DNA of 63,616 bases, filler included, from Octopus bimaculoides (lineage: Eukaryota), in assembly GCF_001194135.2 (NCBI RefSeq). It is 8 parts of 8 records of this genome, joined end to end, with 100 filler letters (N's around TTAATTAATTAA, not from the genome) between each part and the next. Parts side by side here need not be neighbours in the genome. Positions count along the whole stretch, not along the records: positions 38,488 to 50,087 come from NC_068992.1; positions 50,188 to 52,345 come from NW_026440173.1; positions 52,446 to 57,861 come from NW_026375925.1; positions 57,962 to 61,371 come from NW_026357121.1; positions 61,472 to 63,616 come from NW_026408462.1; 3 more parts are not named here. One strand, written 5' to 3'. The notes under the pieces were generated by a model. The model did no database searches and had not been told where the DNA came from. It saw nothing but the letters and a program-made list of their open reading frames with translations. The translations under genes and the position numbers were made by a program. Each line of letters opens with the position of its first letter. The stretch's first letter is position 1. This document shows positions 49,551 through 62,465 of this stretch, one piece after another.

Positions 49551-49671
49551 AGGGGGAGAGGAGAGAGGATAAGAAAGACGAATAATTAACCAGCTTAAAG
49601 GAAACTCGTTTTTTCTGATTACGTACTCACACGTGATTGCAAACTCAAACACAAACGCACACACGTACAGA

Positions 49672-49752
<81 letters not shown>

Positions 49753-50039
49753 GCGCACACACATAAATGTACATGAGATGTATGCATGTAACTATATCTG
49801 TCTCTATCTTTATTAATATTTAGCAGAAATAGCAGAATGACTCTAGTTTTATGAGTTGGCAATTATCGAACTTGATAAATCCTAAAGCACGAAGCTTTCG
49901 GCCATTGAGTCACTCTGTTGCTTCTGTTAAATATTAATAAAAATATGTAATTACTCATGTATGTATGTATGTATGTATGAATGTATGTTTGTATGTATGT
50001 ATGTATGTATGTATGTATGTATGTATGTATGTATGTATG

Positions 50040-50075
<36 letters not shown>

Positions 50076-50289
50076 ATTTCTCTCTCTNNNNNNNNNNNNN
50101 NNNNNNNNNNNNNNNNNNNNNNNNNNNNNNNTTAATTAATTAANNNNNNNNNNNNNNNNNNNNNNNNNNNNNNNNNNNNNNNNNNNNTGTATGTAATTGA
50201 ACAATAAATGTAATAATTAAATTGTACAACTCGTTGTCTTTTCTCTGTGAGTCTCCCAAGAGGAATACAACAGGGACGAAGTAAGTTCA

Positions 50290-50705
50290 TATATATATAT
50301 ATTTGTATATATATGCATGTATGGGCACAAGACACCACGGAATGTAAGCAACATAAAATAAACATAAAATACGAAAACAAAATGAAATGCAAAATACGAA
50401 ACCATGGAATACGAACTTTTTCGCGAACAACGAAAGAAACAAAACGGAAAACAAGACAAGCAACACGAAAAAAAAAAGACCCTTCATCAGTTGTTGGCTC
50501 TCGAAATACGTAGTAGAAAAACAATCAACAACTGATGAAGGGTCGTTTTTTTGTGTTACTTGCCTTGTTTTCCGTTTGTTTCTTTCGTTGCTCGCGAAAA
50601 AGTTCGTATTCCATGGTTTCGTATTTTGTATTTCATGTTGTTTTCGTATTTTATGTTGCTTACATTCTTGTGCCCATATATGCATGTATATATAAATATA
50701 TGTAT
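50290..50705. repeat. Long inverted repeat (about 180-200-bp arms, 29-nt spacer)
   Basis: Left arm ends GACCCTTCATCAGTTGTTG (50496); right arm starts CAACAACTGATGAAGGGTC (50526). The arms share AAATACGAAACCATGGAATACGAACTTTTTCGCGA and its reverse complement. Confidence 0.9.
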
Positions 50706-52543
50706 GTACATATTATATGGGTACTTATGCATGTATATCTATTTATTTATATTATGTTATGTAATTATATATATATATAATACAAATGATATATAAGCAT
50801 ATGGATATATACATACATATATGTACATACCTACATCTACATGTATATATAGATGCATATCTGGGTACAGGACGTTAGAAAAATAAACGGGGACATAAAA
50901 ACAAAACAGCCTTTGTTTACAGACAACAGAATGAACAGATAGGAAGACAGACGAGCCACTTATGGAATTATTCCTTCATCAGCTGCCTCTATTCTAAAAC
51001 TAGGCATTTCGATATATATATATATATANNNNNNNNNNNNNNNNNNNNNNNNNNNNNNNNNNNNNNNNNNNNNNNNNNNNNNNNNNNNNNNNNNNNNNNN
51101 NNNNNNNNNNNNNNNNNNNNNNNNNNNNNNNNNNNNNNNNNNNNNNNNNNNNNNNNNNNNNNNNNNNNNNNNNNNNNNNNNNNNNNNNNNNNNNNNNNNN
51201 NNNNNNNNNNNNNNNNNNNNNNNNNNNNNNNNNNNNNNNNNNNNNNNNNNNNNNNNNNNNNNNNNNNNNNNNNNNNNNNNNNNNNNNNNNNNNNNNNNNN
51301 NNNNNNNNNNNNNNNNNNNNNNNNNNNNNNNNNNNNNNNNNNNNNNNNNNNNNNNNNNNNNNNNNNNNNNNNNNNNNNNNNNNNNNNNNNNNNNNNNNNN
51401 NNNNNNNNNNNNNNNNNNNNNNNNNNNNNNNNNNNNNNNNNNNNNNNNNNNNNNNNNNNNNNNNNNNNNNNNNNNNNNNNNNNNNNNNNNNATATATATA
51501 TATATATATATATAGACAAAGGGAGAAAGAGACGGATAGAGAGAAAGAGAGAAAGAAAGAGATAGTGAGATACGTACGTATGTATATATATATTACTATT
51601 TTAACGTGGAAGATCTGGAAATATTTACATGGAAGAGACAGAAGTTAAAAATAAAAAAATGATCTAAAGGAGGCAACTGCTATCGTAATAATATATTATG
51701 ACAACGTCTTTACTTTCTAATTTTGGATATACACGAATAAATTTTTGTCTATTTACCTGAGGAAACCCACACCCTCACTTTTGAAGAAGAGAAATTTTCG
51801 GATTTCGGATGGTATCTTTGACAAGTGTCTTCTATCATAATCTGAGGCCGACCAAATCCTCTCGATTAGATTTCATAGAAGGAACTGAAAGAAACCCATG
51901 TGTGTGTGTGTGTGTGTGGGTGAAGGTATGTGTGTGTGTGAATGTATGTGTGTCTGAGCGTGCGTTTATTTTCTTCACGGTTATATTTTTAGCACCAGCG
52001 GTGTTAGTAAAGGGGAGCAACCCTAAATTTAGGTGCAAAGGGGGATAACTCTGGTCTTTTTACTATCTAATTATAATCAAATTATACTTAAATATACGAC
52101 GCGCACCTCAACTCTAACAACAACGTGGAAATGTACCTGATTAAGATCAAAATTATGAGCTTAAATAGCACCCATCCTACATCCCCCTCCAGGAAGACCA
52201 ACACAACTTCAACTAAAACGTAAGACGATCTTTACCTAACGCTATTATTATACCACCATATGCATTAATATATCCACTAATTCTTCCTGCTACACCTCTC
52301 ACACCATGAACTCTTAACATACTCCTCAACATTCTGAAGAGATCTNNNNNNNNNNNNNNNNNNNNNNNNNNNNNNNNNNNNNNNNNNNNTTAATTAATTA
52401 ANNNNNNNNNNNNNNNNNNNNNNNNNNNNNNNNNNNNNNNNNNNNCACACATATATATATACACACACACATATATATACACATATATATACATATACAT
52501 ATGTAACATACATATACATATACATATGTACATACATATACAC

Positions 52544-52580
<37 letters not shown>

Positions 52581-52707
52581 CACACGCATATACACATACA
52601 TATATATGTGTATATATATATGGATCATTTATAGTTTTCGTTTTTATCATCAGTATTTCAACAAAAATTAGTTCCATCACTACTAATAGCAATTATTATT
52701 AATTAAC

Positions 52708-52774
<67 letters not shown>

Positions 52775-52974
52775 TTACTTATTCTTGTTACTAGTACTTC
52801 TACTCTTATTGTCACCATCTATATTTATTATCAGCCATATGAATAAAAATATATTTATTATACATATAAAACATGTCTTGGATTCTTCATTTTAATATAT
52901 TTTACAAAGTATTTGTTTTGTTTTTTTCTTTTTAATGTTTATCATAAATTAGTTTCTTAAACCATTGCGTTATG

Positions 52975-53022
<48 letters not shown>

Positions 53023-53024
53023 CA

Positions 53025-53397
53025 TAGGCGTAGGAGTGGCTGTGTGGTAAGTAGCTTGCTTACCAACCACATGGTCCCGGGTTCAGTCCCACTGCGTGGC
53101 ATCTTGGGCAAGTGTCTTCTACTATAGCCTCGGGCCGACCAAAGCCTTGTGAGTGGATTTGGTAGACGGAAACTGAAAGAAGCCCGTCGTATATATGTAT
53201 ATATATATATATNNNNNNNNNNNNNNNNNNNNNNNNNNNNNNNNNNNNNNNNNNNNNNNNNNNNNNNNNNNNNNNNNNNNNNNNNNNNNNNNNNNNNNNN
53301 NNNNNNNNNNNNNNNNNNNNNNNNNNNNNNNNNNNNNNNNNNNNNNNNNNNNNNNNNNNNNNNNNNNNNNNNNNNNNNNNNNNNNNNNNNNNNNNNN

Positions 53398-53439
<42 letters not shown>

Positions 53440-53830
53440 CATAGGCGTAGGAGTGGCTGTGTGGTAAGTAGCTTGCTTACCAACCACATGGTCCCGGGTT
53501 CAGTCCCACTGCGTGGCATCTTGGGCAAGTGTCTTCTACTATAGCCTCGGGCCGACCAAAGCCTTGTGAGTGGATTTGGTAGACGGAAACTGAAAGAAGC
53601 CCGTCGTATATATGTATATATATATATATATACGTGTGTGTGTGTGTATATGTTTGTGTGTCTGTGTTTGTCCTCCAACATCGCTTGACAACCGGTTCGG
53701 CAAAAGAGACCGATAGAATAAGTACTAGGCTTACAAAGAATAAGTCCCGGGGTCGATTTGTTCGACTAAAGGCGGTGCTCCAGCATGGCCGCAGTCAAAT
53801 GACTGAAACGAGTAAAAGAGTAAAGAGTAT
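53025..53830 (+). mobile_element. SINE family A (head 53025-53190 duplicated across a gap; complete copy about 53443-53830)
   Basis: Identical head sequence on both sides of the N run; complete tail follows. Confidence 0.88.
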
Positions 53831-54451
53831 GTGCTCGCGAGTAATGAGCGGAGACGCACCATATTGAAGTACCAGCCAAATCGAATCCATTTGTTGTTGT
53901 TGCAATCCTGTTCTCTTCGTTATTGGTCACCACATTCACATGGACCGTTCATAACCCGAAGTTACATTCAGCCTTTCTGACCAAATACATTGATTGAAAA
54001 ACTCCATTTGCAATACAAATAACGGTATTAGGAATACCTTTATAGAGTTAAAAAGTATGTTAACAATTAACTTTACTTACATTGATATTACAATAATTTA
54101 AGAAGAATTCGTCTAATCAGAACATAGAACATGCATACTTCTAAATCACTGTATTAAAAACGGACGAGACAGAGCTTTTTATATCCATAAACCAACAGAA
54201 AAATACACGATACGAAAACTTCAGACTAACATGCCAACTTATGTTACTCCAGATTGAAGGAGATAGCTGTGATAGGACTTTCAACACATCCTACTAAACA
54301 CTGCTTATCACAGCAGACTACTTCGCAGAACGCAGTCAGGACACAAAGACAATTTGGGAGCTGATTATGCAATAAAGTCTTATATTAAACTGGACAGAAA
54401 CATTACAGAGACATACGAAATGCTTTAGACTATTTATGGGTTATCGATGTT

Positions 54452-54768
54452 GTTGGCTCTCCGTCGCTTACGACGACGAGGGTTTCCAGTTGATCCGATC
54501 AACGGAAACAGCCTGCCGCTCGTGAAATTAACGTGCAAGTGGCTGAGCACTCCACAGACACGTGTACCCTTAATGTAGTTCTCGGGGGGAAAGATTCAGC
54601 GTGACACAGAGTGTGACAAGGCTGACCCCTTTGAATTACAGGCACAAAGCAGAAACAGGAAGTAAGAGTGAGAGAAAGTTGCGGTGGAAGAGTACAGCAG
54701 GGTTCGCCACCACCATCCCCCTGCCGGAGCCTCGTGGAGCTTTTTAGGTGTTTTTCGCTCAATAAACA
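54452..54768 (-). mobile_element. SINE family C, truncated by gap
   Basis: Matches 21040-21340 with small indels. Confidence 0.88.
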
Positions 54769-57167
54769 NNNNNNNNNNNNNNNNNNNNNNNNNNNNNNNN
54801 NNNNNNNNNNNNNNNNNNNNNNNNNNNNNNNNNNNNNNNNNNNNNNNNNNNNNNNNNNNNNNNNNNNNNNNNNNNNNNNNNNNNNNNNNNNNNNNNNNNN
54901 NNNNNNNNNNNNNNNNNNNNNNNNNNNNNNNNNNNNNNNNNNNNNNNNNNNNNNNNNNNNNNNNNNNNNNNNNNNNNNNNNNNNNNNNNNNNNNNNNNNN
55001 NNNNNNNNNNNNNNNNNNNNNNNNNNNNNNNNNNNNNNNNNNNNNNNNNNNNNNNNNNNNNNNNNNNNNNNNNNNNNNNNNNNNNNNNNNNNNNNNNNNN
55101 NNNNNNNNNNNNNNNNNNNNNNNNNNNNNNNNNNNNNNNNNNNNNNNNNNNNNNNNNNNNNNNNNNNNNNNNNNNNNNNNNNNNNNNNNNNNNNNNNNNN
55201 NNNNNNNNNNNNNNNNNNNNNNNNNNNNNNNNNNNNNNNNNNNNNNNNNNNNNNNNNNNNNNNNNNNNNNNNNNNNNNNNNNNNTATATATATTTGTGTG
55301 TTGACGAGTCGGGGTGTATAAGTAGGGTGGTGGTAGGTGCAGGTAAGCGTGGTAGTTGAAACTAGTGTGTCAGAACTACAATTAATGTTGGTGATATTTA
55401 ACCATCAACACCAACACGACTACAACCACCACCACCACCACCACCACCAATACTGGACTTCATTATGTTTCGTGAAGGTCAAGCCTCGTCCTACTATCAA
55501 CCTGTCTGTCTGTCTGTCTCGCTGACTTGCTGGCCTGCTTGGCTATCGGCCAGCTGACCAAAGATACAATTAACGACATACTATAATACAAAAAAAAGCG
55601 AAGACTTCGCTAGCATAATGGACGTAGTAAGCCAAGAAAATTTAATTTATCTTAATTACAACCTGGCTTAATGGGGAGAACGTTCATTAGCTAAATGACT
55701 AACTCTGGTCAAAACAGGTAGGGGAGAAAACCCCTGATACTTCAAAATCAGTTTAAACAACAATAAATTACTGATTCTGGTCAAAACATGTAGGGAAGAA
55801 AACTCCTGATACTTCAAAATCAATTGAAAGTAACTATAATAGTTCATACATCCACCCATCCATGGATCAATATTTCTAGGAGGGTCGTAGGGTTAAAGTC
55901 CTCAGGCATTCCCGCGACAGGGTCTTATCAGAAACAAACGCTGTTAGGTTTTCTGGCTGGATTTCCAAGCGTGACCAACAGAAACTACAAACCCTTTGAT
56001 CCACTAATTGTTAACACCTCATCCATGGGCTCCTACCACATTCGATCATCATTACCCTTTTCTGCTGGTTCTCAAACATGACCAACTGAGACTATGGATA
56101 CTATCTAGCCTTTTCGTTCTTGGTCTACCCCACATATATATATATATANNNNNNNNNNNNNNNNNNNNNNNNNNNNNNNNNNNNNNNNNNNNNNNNNNNN
56201 NNNNNNNNNNNNNNNNNNNNNNNNNNNNNNNNNNNNNNNNNNNNNNNNNNNNNNNNNNNNNNNNNNNNNNNNNNNNNNNNNNNNNNNNNNNNNNNNNNNN
56301 NNNNNNNNNNNNNNNNNNNNNNNNNNNNNNNNNNNNNNNNNNNNNNNNNNNNNNNNNNNNNNNNNNNNNNNNNNNNNNNNNNNNNNNNNNNNNNNNNNNN
56401 NNNNNNNNNNNNNNNNNNNNNNNNNNNNNNNNNNNNNNNNNNNNNNNNNNNNNNNNNNNNNNNNNNNNNNNNNNNNNNNNNNNNNNNNNNNNNNNNNNNN
56501 NNNNNNNNNNNNNNNNNNNNNNNNNNNNNNNNNNNNNNNNNNNNNNNNNNNNNNNNNNNNNNNNNNNNNNNNNNNNNNNNNNNNNNNNNNNNNNNNNNNN
56601 NNNNNNNNNNNNNNNNNNNNNNNNNNNNNNNNNNNNNNNNNNNNNNNNNNNNNNNNNNNNNNNNNNNNNNNNNNNNNNNNNNNNNNNNNNNNNNNNNNNN
56701 NNNNNNNNNNNNNNNNNNNNNNNNNNNNNNNNNNNNNNNNNNNNNNNNNNNNNNNNNNNNNNNNNNNNNNNNNNNNNNNNNNNNNNNNNNNNNNNNNNNN
56801 NNNNNNNNNNNNNNNNNNNNNNNNNNNNNNNNNNNNNNNNNNNNNNNNNNNNNNNNNNNNNTATATATATATATATATCAAACATAAATTGAAAACAGAA
56901 AACAAAGGATATCGCGGTACACGTGTTTGAAGCTTTATAAACAATGTTATTACATCACCATAGTTATATTATTGATATAAAAGATGGTGTAAAGCTCTCT
57001 TCAGCCGCCAACAATTTTTAGTCCCAAACATTACATCACAAAAGAAAAAGTACACATTATCCATTATAATAGGTTTATCACATCCCTTTAAAAATGTATA
57101 TTTGTATAGTGGTTCGTTGGATTTCAAAAATCTGTTCATATTATACTACTATTCAGCATAGAGTGAA

Positions 57168-57219
57168 TGTTAAATAGATTGGATTGTTAAATAGATTGGA
57201 TTGTTAAATAGATTGGATT
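57168..57219. repeat. Perfect 17-bp tandem repeat x3 (TGTTAAATAGATTGGAT)
   Basis: Direct reading. Confidence 0.9.
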
Positions 57220-57683
57220 CAACTAACGTCTATAAGATAGAAAGAAAAGATAAAAGGTAAAATATGTATGTATATATTGAAATCCAATGACTGACTGAAC
57301 CCGGGACCATGTGGTTGATAAGCAAGCTACTTACCACACACACATACCCATGTATGTTTATGTCAGGTACATCTTCGGTAAAGAATCTGCACCTTCTTGG
57401 AGTTAAAAACAGGAAGACTACCAACCCCACAACTTCCACATCTCACCAGCTACAGTGCGACCATCACCTAAACTAGAATATCATCATTACTCTTTACAGT
57501 TACACCACCACGGCCCTCGGCCCGATCCCCACCCTCTTAGTGTCCAGTTAGTGTCCAGCAAACGAGGTCGAAGTTTACAAACCGTTGCTCCGACTGTTGG
57601 CGTTGTTTTACCGCCTTTCATTGACAAACGACATGGCTAGAAAATTGTTTCAAGGCTGCCGGAGTATTGAAGAGAAGGTGGAC

Positions 57684-57860
57684 GGGAGAGAGAGTGGGGT
57701 GGAAGAGAGAGAGAGAGGAGGAAGAGTTGGGTGGAAGAGAGCGGGGGTGGAAGACAGAGTGGGGTGGAAGAGAGAGAGAGAGAAAGAGAGAGTGGGGTAG
57801 AAGAGAGAGAGAGAGAGAGTTGGGTGGAAGAGAAAGAAAGAGTCGGAGGAGGAGATAGAG
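57684..57860. repeat. Purine-rich minisatellite with about 6 GAGTGGGGTGGAAGAGA units in (GA)n
   Basis: Direct reading. Confidence 0.75.
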
Positions 57861-57961
57861 GNNNNNNNNNNNNNNNNNNNNNNNNNNNNNNNNNNNNNNN
57901 NNNNNTTAATTAATTAANNNNNNNNNNNNNNNNNNNNNNNNNNNNNNNNNNNNNNNNNNNN

Positions 57962-58020
<59 letters not shown>

Positions 58021-58503
58021 ATCTATATTTATCAATCTATCTATTTATATAAATATATAATTTGTGTGTGTTTGTGTGTGTATATATATATATATATATA
58101 CGTTTGTCTAGATTTTTGTTACGATAATGAATATGTTTGTGTGTGTGTGTGGGTGTACACACACATATATGTTGAGAGAGATTAGAAACACATGTGTCAC
58201 CATTTCGAATATATGGTGCACACATACATACATACATACATACATATGCGTACGCACACATAGGATCTGTTTATGCATGTTTTAGTTCTTAGCTAGAAAT
58301 ATGAAACCCCTAATCCCTTGTCATTTTTTTTTAAATAGTTTCATTGGGGTTTCAACAAGGCTCCGTGTCTGTTAAGGATCCCTTGCTCAGTTCAAGAAAT
58401 ATATTTTAATCGTTCACATTACTGTAAATATTTTGTGATAGGGGATTAAAGATTAAGAGATTTGGATAATTACATTAGAGGGGACAGATGGGCGGGAAAG
58501 GGG

Positions 58504-58541
<38 letters not shown>

Positions 58542-59747
58542 GGAAGGAATCTGTGTGTTCGGTGGAGACTTTGCAATTGTGTGTCTGTGTGTGATTATAT
58601 ATATATATTTTTGTGTGTGTATACATATATGTATGTGTGTATGTGTGTGTGTGTGTGTGTGTNNNNNNNNNNNNNNNNNNNNNNNNNNNNNNNNNNNNNN
58701 NNNNNNNNNNNNNNNNNNNNNNNNNNNNNNNNNNNNNNNNNNNNNNNNNNNNNNNNNNNNNNNNNNNNNNNNNNNNNNNNNNNNNNNNNNNNNNNNNNNN
58801 NNNNNNNNNNNNNNNNNNNNNNNNNNNNNNNNNNNNNNNNNNNNNNNNNNNNNNNNNNNNNNNNNNNNNNNNNNNNNNNNNNNNNNNNNNNNNNNNNNNN
58901 NNNNNNNNNNNNNNNNNNNNNNNNNNNNNNNNNNNNNNNNNNNNNNNNNNNNNNNNNNNNNNNNNNNNNNNNNNNNNNNNNNNNNNNNNNNNNNNNNNNN
59001 NNNNNNNNNNNNNNNNNNNNNNNNNNNNNNNNNNNNNNNNNNNNNNNNNNNNNNNNNNNNNNNNNNNNNNNNNNNNNNNNNNNNNNNNNNNNNNNNNNNN
59101 NCCCCCCCCCTACAAGGCAACAAAAATAGTGATAACATGAATATTAACAACTACAACAGTAACAACAACAACAACAACAACCGTAGCAGCAGTAGCAGCA
59201 GCAGCAGTAGCAACGGCAACAATAATAACTGAGAATGATCGCCGCCATATTTCAATTACCAAAAATTGGCTGTCAAATAATATTTTCGTCAAAGAATGCG
59301 TTATTTATCGTAATGTTTCTCACACAGGGAATCATGGAGTCTTGATGTGGTCGTTAGAATGGCTAGAAATAGTGGGGAATTCTCTCTCGGGTTTTATCAT
59401 TTCGCCCCAGCTCTAGCGAACACAGAGTGGACGCCGTTTGGGAAACAAGCAACGGTACAAAGCGAATATTAAAACATATACAGAGACCAGCGACTCTCAA
59501 CAAGGCTAATTCGAGCGCTCATTTGTTCAATTAGCATTTATTAAACTTCTGGACCGGCAAAAGTGTCCTAAGTTAAAGACAGGGCTGGCGTGAGCGCTCA
59601 TTTGGCCAGTAGGCATTTATTGTTGCTTTGCAAGGACTCTAAATGAATTTGAAGAGAACATAACCAATGCGATTGAAGTGTGAATGTATAGGAAAACGTT
59701 ACGAGTCTCTAACTAGGACCATAGGACAAGCGAATGGGTGATTGTTG

Positions 59748-60102
59748 TTGTTGGCACTCCGTCGCTTACGACGTCGAGGGTTCCAGTTGATCCGATCAAC
59801 GGAACAGCCTGCTCGTGAAATTAACGTGCAAGTGNNNNNNNNNNGAACAGCCTGCTCGTGAAATTAACGTGCAAGTGGCTGAGCACTCCACAGACACGTG
59901 TACCCTTAACGTAGTTCTCGGGGAGATATTCAGCGTGACACAGCGTGAGACAAGGCTGACCCTTTGAATTACAGGCACAAGAGAAACAGGAAGTAAGAGT
60001 GAGAGAAAGTTGGGGCGAAATAGTACAACAGCGTTCGCCACCATCCCCTGCCGGAGCCTCGTGGAGCTTTAGGTGTTTTCGCTCAATAAACACTCACAAC
60101 GC
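59748..60102 (-). mobile_element. SINE family C, truncated by gap (matching head piece at 61472-61522)
   Basis: Matches 21040-21345; 61472 resumes with GTCTGGGAATCGAAACCGCGATCC. Confidence 0.88.
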
Positions 60103-61199
60103 NNNNNNNNNNNNNNNNNNNNNNNNNNNNNNNNNNNNNNNNNNNNNNNNNNNNNNNNNNNNNNNNNNNNNNNNNNNNNNNNNNNNNNNNNNNNNNNNNN
60201 NNNNNNNNNNNNNNNNNNNNNNNNNNNNNNNNNNNNNNNNNNNNNNNNNNNNNNNNNNNNNNNNNNNNNNNNNNNNNNNNNNNNNNNNNNNNNNNNNNNN
60301 NNNNNNNNNNNNNNNNNNNNNNNNNNNNNNNNNNNNNNNNNNNNNNNNNNNNNNNNNNNNNNNNNNNNNNNNNNNNNNNNNNNNNNNNNNNNNNNNNNNN
60401 NNNNNNNNNNNNNNNNNNNNNNNNNNNNNNNNNNNNNNNNNNNNNNNNNNNNNNNNNNNNNNNNNNNNNNNNNNNNNNNNNNNNNNNNNNNNNNNNNNNN
60501 NNNNNNNNNNNNNNNNNNNNNNNNNNNNNNNNNNNNNNNNNNNNNNNNNNNNNNNNNNNNNNNNNNNNNNNNNNNNNNNNNNNNNNNNNNNNNNNNNNNN
60601 NNNNNNNNNNNNNNNNNNNNNNNNNNNNNNNNNNNNNNNNNNNNNNNNNNNNNNNNNNNNNNNNNNNNNNNNNNNNNNNNATAAAGAACAACAACAACAA
60701 CAAAAACAACAATAGCTGTAACAAAGCAGCAGCAGCAACCAAAGCAACAACAGCTAAAACAACAACATAACGGCAGCAGCAGCAGCAGCTACAACAACAA
60801 CAACAACCACAGCATCAACAGCGGCAGCCAATGATGGCCGCCATATTTCAATTACCAAAAACTGGCTGTCAAATGATATTTTCGTCAAAGAAGGAATTGT
60901 GTGTCGTCATATTTCCCGCACAAATGAACGATGGAGTCGCTACGTGGTCGTTAGAATTGCTAGACATGATAGTCAACTCTCCATCGGTCTTATCATAAAG
61001 TTCGTAAAAACACGCGTGAGCACGGAGCTGGTATCTTTAAGGAAGACGATCGTCTCGTCCGATATTCTCGGTGCCCAACGAACGTTGCACGTAAACTTGC
61101 CACTCGCACTCCGCCGACTACGTCAATGATTATTCCAGTTGATCCGATCAACGGAACAGCCTGCTCGTGAAATTATCAGACGTGGCTGTGTGGTGAGAA

Positions 61200-61371
61200 G
61201 GCGGCGAGCTGGCAGAAACATTAGAACATCGGGCGAAATGCTTAGCGGTATTTCGTCTGCCGTTGCGTTCTGAGTTCAAATTCCGCCGAGGTCGACTTTG
61301 CCTTTCATCCTTTCGGAGTCGATAAATTAAGTACCAGTTACGCACTGGAGTCGATTTAATCGTCTTAATCT
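61200..61371 (+). mobile_element. SINE family B
   Basis: GGCGGCGAGCTGGCAGAAACATTAG..GTTCAAATTCCGCCGAGGTCGACTTTGCCTTTCATCCTTTCGGAGTCGATAAATTAAGTACCAG. Confidence 0.9.
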
Positions 61372-61787
61372 NNNNNNNNNNNNNNNNNNNNNNNNNNNNN
61401 NNNNNNNNNNNNNNNTTAATTAATTAANNNNNNNNNNNNNNNNNNNNNNNNNNNNNNNNNNNNNNNNNNNNGTCTGGGAATCGAAACCGCGATCCTATGA
61501 CCGCGACTCCGCTGCCCTAACACACATCTCTCGCTCCCCCGTCTCTCTCTCTCTCTCTCTTTCTCCCTATTTCTCTCTCTCACACACAAACACACACGAA
61601 CGACCTCTCGTTGTTTCTCTTATTTTCTCTCAAATCCACACACACACAGCTAAAATAACATCACTGATAATTGTGTGTGTGTGTGTGTGACCTGTATATT
61701 CACAAACAATCGCCTCATACGCGCTCGCAGTTACCCCGTATACGACAACGCAAGCAGTGGCGATATATATTACATATATATATATAT

Positions 61788-61935
61788 ATGGTAAGTAGCT
61801 AGCTTACCAACCACATGGTCCCGGGTTCAGTCCCACTGCGCGGCACCTTGGGCAAGTGTCTTCTACTATAGTCTCGGGCCGACCAAAGCCTTGTGAGTGG
61901 ATTTGGCAGACGGAAACTGAAAGAAGCCCGTCGTA

Positions 61936-61974
<39 letters not shown>

Positions 61975-62465
61975 NNNNNNNNNNNNNNNNNNNNNNNNNN
62001 NNNNNNNNNNNNNNNNNNNNNNNNNNNNNNNNNNNNNNNNNNNNNNNNNNNNNNNNNNNNNNNNNNNNNNNNNNNNNNNNNNNNNNNNNNNNNNNNNNNN
62101 NNNNNNNNNNNNNNNNNNNNNNNNNNNNNNNNNNNNNNNNNNNNNNNNNNNNNNNNNNNNNNNNNNNNNNNNNNNNNNNNNNNNNNNNNNNNNNNNNNNN
62201 NNNNNNNNNNNNNNNNNNNNNNNNNNNNNNNNNNNNNNNNNNNNNNNNNNNNNNNNNNNNNNNNNNAACATCGCTTGACAACCGATGCTGGTGTGTTTAT
62301 GTCCCCGTAACTTAGCGGTTCGGCAAAAGAGATCGATAGAATAAGTACTAGGCTTCCAAAGAATAAGTCCTGGGGTCGATTTGCTCGACTAAAAGGCGGT
62401 GCTCCAGCATGGCCACAGTCAAATGACTGAAACAAGTAAAAGAGTAAAAAAAAAGAGTAAAAGAG
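61788..62465 (+). mobile_element. SINE family A spanning a gap
   Basis: Head at 61788-61935, tail at 62268-62465. Confidence 0.88.

Noticed and set aside
50497-50545. Intact hammerhead ribozyme
   Set aside because: Core words CTGATGA and GAAA are present, but stems I and III could not be paired in type I, II or III topology by inspection.
52000-57660. Eroded coding-like stretches at 52000-52340, 53850-54450, 55850-56120 and 57400-57660 as Penelope or LTR relics
   Set aside because: No diagnostic RT, GIY-YIG or integrase motif could be read.
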